A stretch of DNA of 64,000 nucleotides from Rebecca billardiae RCC1528 (lineage: Eukaryota > Protista > Haptophyta), in NCBI GenBank assembly GCA_965240325.2, contig OZ251251.1:62001-126000 (forward strand), written 5' to 3'. A program made the position numbers and the translations under genes. How positions within the stretch are numbered: the first letter of the stretch is position 1; each line of letters opens with the position of its first letter. Below the pieces are notes generated by a model. It saw nothing but the letters and a program-made list of their open reading frames with translations, was not told the DNA's origin and made no database searches. Positions 22,001 through 32,362 of this stretch are shown in pieces.

Positions 22001-23930
22001 GTACACGTGCGACGGGTACGTCAGCAGCCCGGGCAACACGTGCGATGGCCCTGAGTGGTACGCGGCAGTCGCTCGCGCCGCCGGCGTGCACCTCCTCGTC
22101 TTCGACATGGCCTACGCACGCCGAGCTCGCGACGTGCACGGCGTCGCCATGCGTGAGCACGTGCGGTGGTATCCTCCGACGGCAGTGCGCGTGCCGCCGG
22201 CGCCGGCGGCGCCACGCGCTCGCGGGGGCGCCGGCGCGAAGCGCCGGCGCGCCGACACGCCCGACGCAGGCGCCGCGCACGCGGACGCACGTCCGCTGTG
22301 CGAAGCGCGCCTGAGCCTGGGACGCGAGACGCACGCACGCGTCCTGCGCACGCTCGACGTCGGGGCGATGGGCACCGGCTGGGTGGCCATCGTGCGCAAC
22401 GTGTGTCCTCGCCGGCAGTTCTACGCAGTGGTTGCGCCGCAGGCCACCCCGCGCGCGCACGGGGTGTTGCCGGCGTCGCGCTGGAGTGCGTTCCAGCCGG
22501 CTGCGGACGCGCACGTGAGGCTGGCGTCCAGGCGGCGCGGGTGCGAGGTGGATGCGCTGGACCCGAGCGCGTTCGGCACCGAGGTGGTCCCTCTCGACGG
22601 CTCCGACGGGGCATGGCGGTGCGACGTGGGCTTGGGGCTGCGCCTGGCCTTGGGCGAGACCGCCGCTGACGTGACGGCGGAGCGATGCCGCGCTGACGTG
22701 ACGGCGGGTGATGCCGCGCCACGCGGCGCAGCCGCGCCGCGCGCCGCGGCGGCGACGGACGCCACCGTGGACGCGGGTGCGGCGGCGCCGGCGCCCGCCG
22801 GGCACGGGGCTGCGCCGGCTGCGGTGGCTCCGGCGGCCGCCGCACACGTGCACGCGCCGGTGGACGACGCCGCGGTCCTGCTCGAGCGCCTGGGCTTCCC
22901 CGTGCTGCCCCTGCCGCCGGCGTTGCCGCCCGAGGCGCGGGCTGGTGCACAGACCGGAGCACCCGGCGGCGTGGATGGCGACGGCAACGTCGCCGCGGCC
23001 ATCCGCGAGCTCTTCGGCGGCGGCACGAGCGTGCAGGACGTTCCCGGCGATGGCGACTGCTACTTTCACGCGTGGCTCGCGCACGACACGCGTGGCGTGC
23101 GGGCCGACCTGCCCGCCGCCAACGCGCGCGCGCAGACGCTGCGCGACGGCGTGTGCTCGTACATCGCGTCGTGGGAGGACGAGCACGGACCGGGCGAGAC
23201 GCTCGGCACGGCGTCGGCCACGGCGTCGGCGGCAAGCGCGCTCGGCATGCTTGGCGTCAAGCCAGCATCCATCCCCCGGGCCCGCACCGGCCAAGGACTC
23301 GAAGTGCAGGACGAGGACTGGCAGGAGGTGCTGCCACTGCCACTGCGACATACTGGAGGCGTGCGGACGCTGGGAGCAGCGGCGCGCGCGTACGCGCGCG
23401 GCGCCCGGTACACGGGCGACGGCGCTGGCGCGCATGCGGCGCGCGCTGGTGCGTGGTCGGCGTGGGGCTCGCACGTCGCGACGGCGCGCGCCACGGGCCT
23501 GCCGCTGGTGGTCCTTGAGCTGCGCGGCGGGGCTACGCCGGAGGAGGCGGCGTGGCGCGCGTTCACCGACAACGTCTGGTTCTACCCCGTGCAGACGCGG
23601 CCGGGCCTTCGCTGGCGGCGGACTGACGACGGCGGGCGCAAGGGCAGCGTCGCAGTGAGCACGCATGCGCACCTGCGCCTGCGTGACGAGCGCACGCGGC
23701 GCGCCTTGCAGCGTCTGGACGTCACGCAGTTGGGCACGACGTGGATGGCCGTGGTGTACGACGGCCGTTGCCACTTCGGCGCGGTGGTGTCGGCGACGGC
23801 GCCCCTGGAGGCGCGTTCGGCGCGCGACAACAACGAGGGGCGTCTGGCGCACTTCATGCGAGCTACATCACCCTTGCAGGGGTACGTTGAGTGCGCACCA
23901 CGCCGCCTGAGCACGCCAGGTGCCAGCTAA
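13024..23930 (+). CDS. MULE transposase polyprotein (about 3600 aa if spliced): 2OG-Fe(II) oxygenase-like, MuDR/WRKY-type Zn finger, DDE core, SWIM, PHD, HhH, inactive OTU-like and intact OTU domains
   Basis: ORFs 12958..18315 and 18135..23930 join in frame through a phase-1 intron (donor 18161 or 18179, ctgac branch site about 18253, acceptor cgcag ending 18288). This restores SDACFL..G-MLFVTLAVNANRQLF...ECLDSW...TISDGQKGL...HLFLCTFH...TSAPAESF (MULE D-D-E) and CCALLRRKRLPCMH (SWIM). The true start may lie in the TIR (12560); further introns are possible. Confidence 0.8.
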
Positions 23931-26900
23931 CAGAACGACAGGCGCCGACTCACGGCACCGGCCGGCCGGCCTGCGTCCGAGCTGACGACGACATAGCACG
24001 GGCCGGCACAGTGTGGGCCCCCGGCGGCGTGTATCAGTGTTGTCGCGCGTGGCGCTGCTTGCATCCCGCTAAGACCTGCGCTAAGACCTTCTCGGCGGGC
24101 CCCGCCGTAGGCCCTTGTGGCGCCGTCACTGCGAGTGGCGCAGAGGCGCTGGCCGGGGGGGTGCCTGTGGCAGTGTGCTCGGAGAACCGGGCTCAGGCCA
24201 CGGCGATTCCGACGAGCCACTCCGCCGGCACCCCGGGTGCCGAGCTCGTGGCCAGATGCTGCCAGCGGTGGCGGCCACCCGCGTGGCCGCCCCGGGTGGC
24301 GCGCAGCCTGTGCACGCCACCGCGACGCGCGCGCGCGCACGGGGGCGGTCGGGCGCGACTGAGCCAGGGCTGCGCGTACACGCCGCTCGGCGTGCGCACG
24401 GCTGGCGCCGCCCGATGTGGTGTGTGCGCGCACCTGTGGGCGGCGCGTGGGCACGTCAGGACGCGCCCTTGTGGGTCGGCGTCTACTGCGCGGCCGGCGG
24501 GGGCTGGCCCGCGGGGGCTTCGTCGGCCTGCGCGGCCGGCGCACGGAGCGACAGTGCAGCGGCCTGGCGGGCACACGCGAGTCAGGGGGCGGCACTCGGC
24601 GCCGCGCGCGCTGGCCGAATGCGACCGGCGGCGGCGCGCCACGCCGTGCCGTGGGTGCGCGCGACGTGGGCGCAGCGGACGCAGCGCTCACCGACGGGCC
24701 CGCAGCCGGGGCGTGCGCGCCGTGCGGTGCTTCGCCTGTTGGCAGCTGGACGCACGCCGCGTGCGCCGACGCGTGCGGGCCGGGCTGTGCGCCACCTGCG
24801 CTGCGGTCCATCATGAACTGCGTCAACGCCTGCATAGACGCCACCATCGCGCTCGCGATCTCGTCACGTTTCATTGCGGCCGCGCGATCCTCGTCGCGTC
24901 GGCGCGCCGCCTCCGCGCGCTCCTGCTGGCGCCAGGCCTCGTCCGCCGCGCGCTCCTGCCGGCGCCGCTCGTCGTCCGCCGCGCGCCAGGCCTCGTAGTC
25001 CTTCTGGCGCTTGGCGTCGTTCGCAGCGAGTTGTCCGATCGCTTGTGCCATTGCGTTGGGGATGCCGTGCACCATCTCAGCGAGCTGGGCGTGGGCCGCA
25101 GCGAGCTCGGTGCACATGCGCGTCGCCTGTTCGGGTGGCCCGGGTGCGCGCGCGACGGCGGATGGCCGTGTGACGGCGACGCGGCCCGGGTCGCCGACCG
25201 GCCGGCGCGCCACCACACGCCCACCGGCGGCGCCGCCCGCGCCGCCCGCGTCGGCGCCGCGTTCGTTCAGGCGACGCTTGCGCGCTGGCGCCGCCTGTAC
25301 GTGCCGCGCCAGCGAGGGCGCGCGCCTGTGGAGCGCGGCGGCGTACATCTTCGGCGCGTCCACGCCGCTGCTTTTGCCGGTGACTGGGTCCGCCGGGTGC
25401 GTCCAGAGCCGATCCTGGCAGAACGGGACGATGTCAGCCCACACGCTGATGCACAAGGGGCGAAAGTCCACAATCGCACCCAGGGGCGGCGCGGCAGGTG
25501 GCGTCCCGGCAGGCGGCGGGCGCGCCAGGGCGGCTGCCTTCACGGGGTCGCGCATGTGCGGGACGAAGAACAGCGTGCCGAAGTTGCCGGCGTCGGCGTC
25601 GTCGCCGGCCGCCGCGCGGCTGTGCGTTGACAGCGCCTCCGTCGACTTCCACGAGCGCGTCTTCGAAGGCACGTAGGTGAACTCGAGCACCTCGTCCCGG
25701 TGGAGTGCCCGCGAGCTCGTGTCGGCGTTGAGCACGCGGTCGTAAGCACCGGCGTTATCCTCGGAGACGGCGAGGAGCTCGAAGGTGAGCCGCTTCTTCC
25801 GCTCGGGCGCGACGAGCCGTGCGCTGACGATGCGCACCTTGGTGAGGTAGTCCGCCGCCTCGAAGGACGCACCATCGCCCACGCTGACGTCGGCGAGGGC
25901 GTCGTATCGCAGGTGTGCCGCCTTGACGCGCAGCACGAGCGCCGAGGCGCACGCGATGGCCGCCGCGACGCACGTGTGCTTCGAGGCGAGCATCAGCTCT
26001 TGTTCATGGACGGGCAGCTCGCCGACGACGCCTGCGACGCGCACGCGCGTCCCACCGCCCGGCCGGGGGAGAGGCCTGTCAAACGAGCGCTGCGGGCGGC
26101 CGGCGACCATGATCTGGTGGAGCGTGTGCAGCAGGTCCGCCGACGCCGCCGTGCCCCCAATCACGTCGTAGTTCGACTGCACGTACGTGAGCGCCGCCTC
26201 CGCGATGGCCGCGGCGTTCGTCATGAGCCCGGGCGGGTCGCCATCGGGCGCCCAATGGCATGGCCCGATGCCGAGCGCGCTGCACACCGCGGAGGCGCCC
26301 ATGAGCACGTCCGTGGACGTCGGGACCACGTCCCGGCGCGGGCGGGGCGGCAACGCGTCCGTCTCGTCCGGGCTGGGCGGCGAGTCGTGGAGCGCGGGGG
26401 CGGCGTGCTGGACGGGGGGCGCAATGGCCCGCGGCGGCGCTGACTGCAGCTCGCACGCAGCAACCTCACGCCGGCTGACGGCGGCGGCGAAGGCGTCGAC
26501 CGTGAGGTCCGTGCACGTCGCAGCCGTCATCGCGCCCGCCGCACCACTGGGCGGCCGCGTGGCGAAGGTGAGGAGGCGCCAGCCCTTCTCGAAGCGGATG
26601 GCGTACGCGTGCGCGCCGACGACGGGCTCCGACTCGTCGGTGTCGTCGGTGTCCACGGACCGGTAGTCCACCACGGCCACGGCGGCGTGCAGCAAAGGCG
26701 ACGTCCCCTGCTCAGCGGGCGCCCGCAGCGGCGTGGGCACAAGCGCGCACCAGGAGGGCGCCTGTGCAACCACGGCGGGGAGGCCGAACACCGCCTGTCC
26801 CGAGCGCCGCATCGAGGGCAACGCAAGCGCCCGGTGAACCCAGGGCGCGTCGCCGCCTGCGACGCCATCGTCGTCGGCCTCAGCGTCCGCTAAGGCGACT

Positions 26901-29614
26901 CGCACGTCCGCGTCGAGGACGTAGGGCAACGGGCCGTGCACACCGAAGTGCTCGCCTGCTGCGCGCAGGGCGAGCTCAGAGACAGAGCCGCCGACGCTCG
27001 CGGCGGCGCCGGCGTAGAACTCGCGCACCGCATCGTCCACCTCGCTGCGCGTGTACAAGGCGCCCGAGGCGCACAGCTCGCGCACAGCGTCGGCATCCGT
27101 GAGCACGCCGAAGTGCTTGTTGTTCGTGGCATCGCACACCACGTTCACCACGCGGACCGTGCCGCCGCCGCCGCCGAGATGCCGTGACGCGAACGCGCGG
27201 TTGAACCTGAGGATGGCCGGCACCAATCGGCCGTTGTTCGGTTGCGGCCCGTGCTTCGTCGTCCGCGCGTCCGCATCCGCCACCGCGCTGGGGCGCACCA
27301 GCACGTGCGCGTGCGCCTGCGCCGGCGCGGCGGGCGTGTCTCCGCCGAACCTCCGGCGTTTCCCGTAGATGCCGCTGAAGAAATGATCCACGTGCTGCAA
27401 GACATCGCTCATCGCGAACAGCTCGCGTGAGCCGCCGTCGCCGCTGCCGTAGACGCCGCCGCCGTCGTCAGCGTGGCCGCCACCGCCGGGTTGCGCGGCG
27501 GCGGGCGCCTGCTGTGGTGCATGGGAGTGCGACCCCGCTGCGCCAGCCGCCGCTCCACCCATCGACGCCGTCGCCGCCCGTGCCACCTCGCCCGAGGCAG
27601 CACCACCGGAGTCATCTGAGTTGACGCCCGCGGGGCCGTCGGCGGCCGCAGCCGGCGCCGGCGGCGCCGGCGCCGCCGCGGTGACGCCGGTGGCAGCCGC
27701 CCGCGCCTCGGCGGGTGCGCGTGGCGGCTCGGCGCGTTCGGCGCGCGTCGCGGTCGACGCCGTCGCCGCCCGTGCCACCTCGCCCGAGGCAGCACCACCG
27801 GCGTCATCTGAGTTGACGCCCGCGGGGCCGTCGGCGGCCGCAGCCGGCGCCGGCGGCGCCGGCGCCGCCGCGGTGACGCCGGTGGCAGCCGCCGGCGCCT
27901 CGGCGGGTGCGCGTGGCGGCTCGGCGCGTTCGGCGCGCGTCGCGGGGCCGCCGGCGGCCGCAGGCGGCGGCGCCGGCGCCGCCGCGGTGACGCCGGTGGC
28001 ACCCGCCAGCGTTTCGACGGGTGCGCGTGGCGGCTCGGCGCGTTCGTCGCTTGTCGCGGGGCCGCCGGCGGCCGAAGGCGGCGCCGCCGGCGCCGCCGTG
28101 ACGCCGGCGACCGCCGTCGGCGCCGGCGGCGGCGCCGGCGCCGGCGCCAGCGTTGCGACGGGTGCGCGTGGCGGCTCGGCGCGTTCGTCGCTTGTCGCGG
28201 GGCCGCCGGCGGCCGCAGGCGGCGCCGCCGGCGCCGCCGTGACGCCTGCGACCGCCGTCGGCGCCGACGGCGGCGCCGGCGCCGAGGTGACGCCGGGCAG
28301 CGCTTCGGCGGGTGGCGCAAGTGGCGGCTGGCGGCGCATGGCCCGCGTCCGCACGCCGCCGCGCCCGTTGTGGTGAGCCGCCCCCTGCGCGCCGCGCTGC
28401 CCCGCAGCCTCCTGCTGGATGCCCTGGGCGGCGTAGCTGCCGCCGCCCACGCGCGTGCTGCCGTGGCGGGCCGGCCGGCCGTCGGCGCCCTGCTCGGCGC
28501 CCTGCTCGGCGCCCGGCTGGGCGCCCTGCTCGGCGCCCTGCTCGGCGCCCGGCTCGGTGCCCTGCTCGGCGGCCTGCTTGCCATGCCCGGCGCCCGGCTG
28601 GGCGCCCTGCTCGGCGCCCTGCTCGGCGCCCTGCTCGGCGCCCTGCTTGCCCTGCTCGGCGCCCGGCCCGGCGCCCGGCCCGGCGCCCTGCCCGGCGCCC
28701 GGCTGGGCGCCCTGCTCGGCGCCCTGCTCGGCGCCCGGCTCGGCGCCCTGCTCGGCGGCCTGCTTGCCCTGCTCGGCGCCCGGCTCGGCGCCCGGCCCGG
28801 CGCCCGGCTGGGCGCCCTGCTTGCCCTGCTCGGCGCCCTGCTCGGCGCCCGGCTCGGCGCCCTGCTCGGCGGCCTGCTTGCCCTGCCCGGCGCCCTGCCC
28901 GGCGCCCGGCTGGGCGCCCTGCTCGGCGCCCTGCTCGGCGCCCGGCTCGGCGCCCTGCTCGGCGGCCTGCTTGCCCTGCTCGGCGCCCGGCTCGGCGCCG
29001 AGCAGGGCGCCGAGCAGGGCGCCCTGCTCGGCGCCCTGCTCGGCGCCCTGCCCCTGCTCGGCGCACTGCTCGCCGGCGGGCGGCGCACGCACGTGCGCCG
29101 CTGGCACCCTCTTCAACGAGCCTGCGCCCTCGACTGTTCCATCCGCGGACGCACCGACGGTGTCGCCAGGGACCGCAGCCCACGCATGAGCAGACACTCC
29201 CTCGGCAGCCCGGAGGACGTACGTCTGCACTCGCCCGTGTGCGCCGACCCCAAGCGCCGCGACCACAGCACGGACTGCCGGTGCACCCTGCTCGTACACC
29301 ACGTCCACAGCAGCCCCGTTCGCGAAGCTCGTCGCAGTCGGAGTCGTCCCCGCAGGCGGTGGCGGCCTGCGCGCGGCACGCGGGCACGACGCCGCGCAAC
29401 GACGCAGAACGCACGGCGTGACGACATGCGCGAGCGCACGCCGCGCGCGCGAACGAAGACACACGCGCGCGCGATGCGCCGCGCGCGACCACGCGGCGCG
29501 CGCACGACGCCCGCGCGCGTGGCAGGCGTACCCCCTTAACGTCGTGCGAGGCATCGATCGTCCCTCGTGGCGAGCTCGGGAGCAAGTTTTGCGGCGCGCC
29601 CCCCGGCGTCGCAT
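23927..29614 (-). CDS. MULE second (accessory) gene of unknown function, with a possible N-terminal Tudor/Agenet-like domain, AEQG repeats and a C-terminal coiled coil
   Basis: 1895-codon ORF starting at an ATG in the right TIR. Probable in-frame intron 29367-29531. Globular-looking middle region; coiled coil [26 protein letters not shown]. The 3' end (below about 24700) is uncertain. Confidence 0.65.
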   Translation of the reverse strand: MRRRGARRKTCSRARHEGRSMPRTTLRGYACHARGRRARAAWSRAAHRARVCLRSRARRALAHVVTPCVLRRCAASCPRAARRPPPPAGTTPTATSFANGAAVDVVYEQGAPAVRAVVAALGVGAHGRVQTYVLRAAEGVSAHAWAAVPGDTVGASADGTVEGAGSLKRVPAAHVRAPPAGEQCAEQGQGAEQGAEQGALLGALLGAEPGAEQGKQAAEQGAEPGAEQGAEQGAQPGAGQGAGQGKQAAEQGAEPGAEQGAEQGKQGAQPGAGPGAEPGAEQGKQAAEQGAEPGAEQGAEQGAQPGAGQGAGPGAGPGAEQGKQGAEQGAEQGAEQGAQPGAGHGKQAAEQGTEPGAEQGAEQGAQPGAEQGAEQGADGRPARHGSTRVGGGSYAAQGIQQEAAGQRGAQGAAHHNGRGGVRTRAMRRQPPLAPPAEALPGVTSAPAPPSAPTAVAGVTAAPAAPPAAAGGPATSDERAEPPRAPVATLAPAPAPPPAPTAVAGVTAAPAAPPSAAGGPATSDERAEPPRAPVETLAGATGVTAAAPAPPPAAAGGPATRAERAEPPRAPAEAPAAATGVTAAAPAPPAPAAAADGPAGVNSDDAGGAASGEVARAATASTATRAERAEPPRAPAEARAAATGVTAAAPAPPAPAAAADGPAGVNSDDSGGAASGEVARAATASMGGAAAGAAGSHSHAPQQAPAAAQPGGGGHADDGGGVYGSGDGGSRELFAMSDVLQHVDHFFSGIYGKRRRFGGDTPAAPAQAHAHVLVRPSAVADADARTTKHGPQPNNGRLVPAILRFNRAFASRHLGGGGGTVRVVNVVCDATNNKHFGVLTDADAVRELCASGALYTRSEVDDAVREFYAGAAASVGGSVSELALRAAGEHFGVHGPLPYVLDADVRVALADAEADDDGVAGGDAPWVHRALALPSMRRSGQAVFGLPAVVAQAPSWCALVPTPLRAPAEQGTSPLLHAAVAVVDYRSVDTDDTDESEPVVGAHAYAIRFEKGWRLLTFATRPPSGAAGAMTAATCTDLTVDAFAAAVSRREVAACELQSAPPRAIAPPVQHAAPALHDSPPSPDETDALPPRPRRDVVPTSTDVLMGASAVCSALGIGPCHWAPDGDPPGLMTNAAAIAEAALTYVQSNYDVIGGTAASADLLHTLHQIMVAGRPQRSFDRPLPRPGGGTRVRVAGVVGELPVHEQELMLASKHTCVAAAIACASALVLRVKAAHLRYDALADVSVGDGASFEAADYLTKVRIVSARLVAPERKKRLTFELLAVSEDNAGAYDRVLNADTSSRALHRDEVLEFTYVPSKTRSWKSTEALSTHSRAAAGDDADAGNFGTLFFVPHMRDPVKAAALARPPPAGTPPAAPPLGAIVDFRPLCISVWADIVPFCQDRLWTHPADPVTGKSSGVDAPKMYAAALHRRAPSLARHVQAAPARKRRLNERGADAGGAGGAAGGRVVARRPVGDPGRVAVTRPSAVARAPGPPEQATRMCTELAAAHAQLAEMVHGIPNAMAQAIGQLAANDAKRQKDYEAWRAADDERRRQERAADEAWRQQERAEAARRRDEDRAAAMKRDEIASAMVASMQALTQFMMDRSAGGAQPGPHASAHAACVQLPTGEAPHGAHAPAAGPSVSAASAAPTSRAPTARRGAPPPVAFGQRARRRVPPPDSRVPARPLHCRSVRRPRRPTKPPRASPRRPRSRRRPTRARPDVPTRRPQVRAHTTSGGASRAHAERRVRAALAQSRPTAPVRARASRWRAQAARHPGRPRGWPPPLAASGHELGTRGAGGVARRNRRGLSPVLRAHCHRHPPGQRLCATRSDGATRAYGGARREGLSAGLSGMQAAPRATTLIHAAGGPHCAGPCYVVVSSDAGRPAGAVSRRLSFC
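27560..28300. repeat. Coding tandem duplications (about 120-190 bp units, ERAEPPRAP...[10 protein letters not shown])
   Basis: Four ERAEPPRAP-containing units; two near-identical units contain [21 protein letters not shown]. Confidence 0.85.
28482..29065. repeat. 12-bp coding minisatellite (gccctgctcggc; [12 protein letters not shown] on the minus strand)
   Basis: Dozens of in-frame units, visible directly in sequence and translation. Confidence 0.95.
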
Positions 29615-29957
29615 TTCTCTAACTAATTGACGAGCAACGTTCCGGCGGCGGTCCGGGCGGGAGGAGTCGACGGCGTCGTTTCGTCGCGGGTGGGCGTCAG
29701 GCTGCGCGCAATACGAAAGTACCCACCCCCGCTCATTAGGGTACTCCGCCCGAATACAAGGCGGGCGTTCGCGCCGGTTCGCCGCGAGCGGTATCTTCCG
29801 CGTTGCGGGCGAGCGGCGCCATTTGCTCGCTCCCGAAGCTTCTGGCCGTCGGAAAACTGGCGGGGGTGCCAGTCCGGAAATCGCCGTGCTGAGATGCGGA
29901 GGTTTGTCGGAGTTCTGGTTGCTCGGTCGGTCCTCGTCGGACTTCCGGGGTTTTCCC
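29468..29957 (-). repeat. Right terminal inverted repeat of the MULE
   Basis: Inverted copy of 12217-12692. Confidence 0.92.
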
Positions 29958-30440
29958 TACAGTTTACTAAGAATAAGAGACGCACACAGCTCAGGCAGGC
30001 GAGATTGACGCCCGCCAACTGTACGGCTCTGCTGAACGTGTAGAGTCGTATCTTACTACTTGTACAGTGCACAGCAGGTCGTGCGACGGCACGGCGGCGG
30101 TGTGCGCGCGGAACCCACGCGCACAGCTGATGCTCAATGGCAATGCGCGCGTCATCCGACCTTCTGGCCCTCTCCATTATCATGAGTGCCCGCCTATACC
30201 ACGCCACTCTGTAAATCGCAGCGCAAGCTCGAGCGGCTGCTCCAGCCCCGCCGTGCTGCCACAAGCTGGCTGCATGCGCGGCCCGGGTGGCACGGGCTGA
30301 TGGCAGCTGCCTGCTCAGTGGCTGGTGCATGGGTGCGACGCCTCACTGACCATGTCCGAAGAGAGCAGCGGCGAGCACTCGCACACGCAGCACTCGCAAG
30401 ACTGCAGCGTGAGCACCGCACCCGCCACGGGGCCGGCCTC

Positions 30441-31865
30441 TCAGCGCAGCCCACCGCGCAGGGGCGGCAGCTGCGCCACGCGCTGCGGCGTCGGCTGCTC
30501 TCCGCCATCGATGCCCACGCCCAGGCCGAGCGCGCCCGAATGTCGGCCGCACGCGTGCACGCCGCCGTCCGCTGTGACACAGAGGGCGTAGGCTTGACCC
30601 AGTGAGCAGTCGAGCACGCGGGCATGCGCGAGGCCCTCCACCCGCGTGGGCAGCGCGCGATCCATGCTGTCCCCCAGCCCCAGCTGGCCACAGTGATTGT
30701 CCCCAAACGTGTGCACGCTGCCGTCCGCACACACCACTGCGCTGCTGTGACAGCCCGCGCTGGCGCGCACGGCACGCATGCCGCCCAATGCCTCGATGCG
30801 AGTGGGCACGACGCGTTGGGCCACGTCACCGTGGCCGAGCGCGCCACAATCGGCGTCTCCGAAGGAGTGCACGCCGCCCGCCACGTCCACCACCAGGCTG
30901 TGCGACCAGCCCGCGCTCACGTGCACGGCGCGCACGCCCAATAGCGCCTCAATGCGCCTCGGCGTGTGCCGATCCTGCTCGTCACCGTGGCCGAGCTGGC
31001 CGGAGCGGAGGTCCCCACAAGAGTAGACTGCGCCACAAGCCGAGAGCAGCAGCGTGTGCCCACAGCCCGCGGCCACGCCGCCCACGCGCACGCCGTCCAG
31101 CGCCTCGATGCGCGTTGGCTCCAGCCGGTGCTCCGTATCGCCGTGGCCGAGCTGGCCGTAGCCGTTGTCACCCCAGCTGTACGCAGCGCCGGCAGCCGTC
31201 AGCGCGAGGCTGTGATGGTAACCAGCAGCAATGCTGAGGACGAGCTCCGCGCCGAGCGCCGCCACCTGCACGAACGCCCGTCGCTCAGCCTTGTCGCCCA
31301 CGCCCAGCTGGCCGTAGGCATTGCCTCCGCACGCGTACACGGCGCCCGCCTCGCTCAGCGCGAGCAGGTGGCGCCTACCCGCCGCAACCGCGCGCACGCG
31401 CAACGCCTCCAGCGAGCCCACGCGCGTCGGAACGAGCACGGGCGCCTGCTTGCTGAGCTCGGGATGGCCCAGCGGTGCGCCGCATGTGTGCACGCCGCCG
31501 GCACCGTCAACAAAGGCGGAACATTTCCTCCCGAAAGCTGGGCTGGCGGACGCGACGTGCGCGTGCGCGTGCGCGCGTTCCAGTATGCGCTCACGCGCGA
31601 ACAGCTCCTCCACCCACGTGGACACGCCCGCGGGAAGGGCCGCCGGCAGCGCGGCCTCGTGCCCGCGCGCGCGCGCGCGCTCGCGCAGCGCGTGCTCGAG
31701 CGGCGCGCCGCGGAAGAGGCGAGCGGCGGCGTTGGCGGCGGCGAGGTCAAGCACGTCATCGAGCTGGGCGAGAATGCGCGTTATCAGCTCGGGCGGCACG
31801 CCGGTCAGCCGCACGGTCGTCGCTTCCGAGCGCGCATGGGTAGGCGCGCGCGTCGTCGGTGCCAT
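30441..31865 (-). CDS. F-box-like + 7x RCC1-repeat protein, copy 5 (474 aa)
   Basis: Same architecture; ends LPPLRGGLR. Confidence 0.9.
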   Translation of the reverse strand: MAPTTRAPTHARSEATTVRLTGVPPELITRILAQLDDVLDLAAANAAARLFRGAPLEHALRERARARGHEAALPAALPAGVSTWVEELFARERILERAHAHAHVASASPAFGRKCSAFVDGAGGVHTCGAPLGHPELSKQAPVLVPTRVGSLEALRVRAVAAGRRHLLALSEAGAVYACGGNAYGQLGVGDKAERRAFVQVAALGAELVLSIAAGYHHSLALTAAGAAYSWGDNGYGQLGHGDTEHRLEPTRIEALDGVRVGGVAAGCGHTLLLSACGAVYSCGDLRSGQLGHGDEQDRHTPRRIEALLGVRAVHVSAGWSHSLVVDVAGGVHSFGDADCGALGHGDVAQRVVPTRIEALGGMRAVRASAGCHSSAVVCADGSVHTFGDNHCGQLGLGDSMDRALPTRVEGLAHARVLDCSLGQAYALCVTADGGVHACGRHSGALGLGVGIDGGEQPTPQRVAQLPPLRGGLR

Positions 31866-32362
31866 AATCCATATGCTTGTTGCCCACGCCCGTCGAGTCG
31901 CTCGACGAGTCGACGACGACGACGGTTGGCGGCCGGCTACCCGTACGACTGCTCTGTACGTGTAGAGTCGTTACTCCGTCGTATATATATCTTACTACTT
32001 GTACAATGCATAGCATCAGGTGCGACAGCACGGCGGCGGTGTGCGCGCAGAACCCACGCGCGCAGCTGATGCTCAATGGCGATGCGCGCATCATCTCCAT
32101 CTCACTCCCGATGATGAGTGCCCGCCTACCACGCCACGCGCAGCGCGAGCTCGAGCGGCTGCTCCAGCCCCGCTCTGCTGCCACAAGCTGGCTGCATGCG
32201 CGGCCCGGGTGGCACGGGCTGATGGCAGCTGCCTGCTCAGTGGCTGGTGCATGGGTGCGACGCCTCACTGACCATGTCCGAAGAGAGCAGCGGCGAGCAC
32301 TCGCACACGCAGCACTCGCAAGACTGCAGCGTGAGCACCGCACCCGCCACGGGGCCGGTCGC

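Larger units (their letters stand above)
12217..29957 (+). mobile_element. Giant Mutator-like (MULE/MuDR) DNA transposon, 17741 bp
   Basis: Long TIRs starting GGGAA(TCCT/AACC)CCGGAAGTCCGACGAGG. Perfect 9-bp TSD TACAGTTTA at 12208-12216 and 29958-29966. Contains a MULE DDE transposase with a SWIM finger and two convergent genes. Confidence 0.93.
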
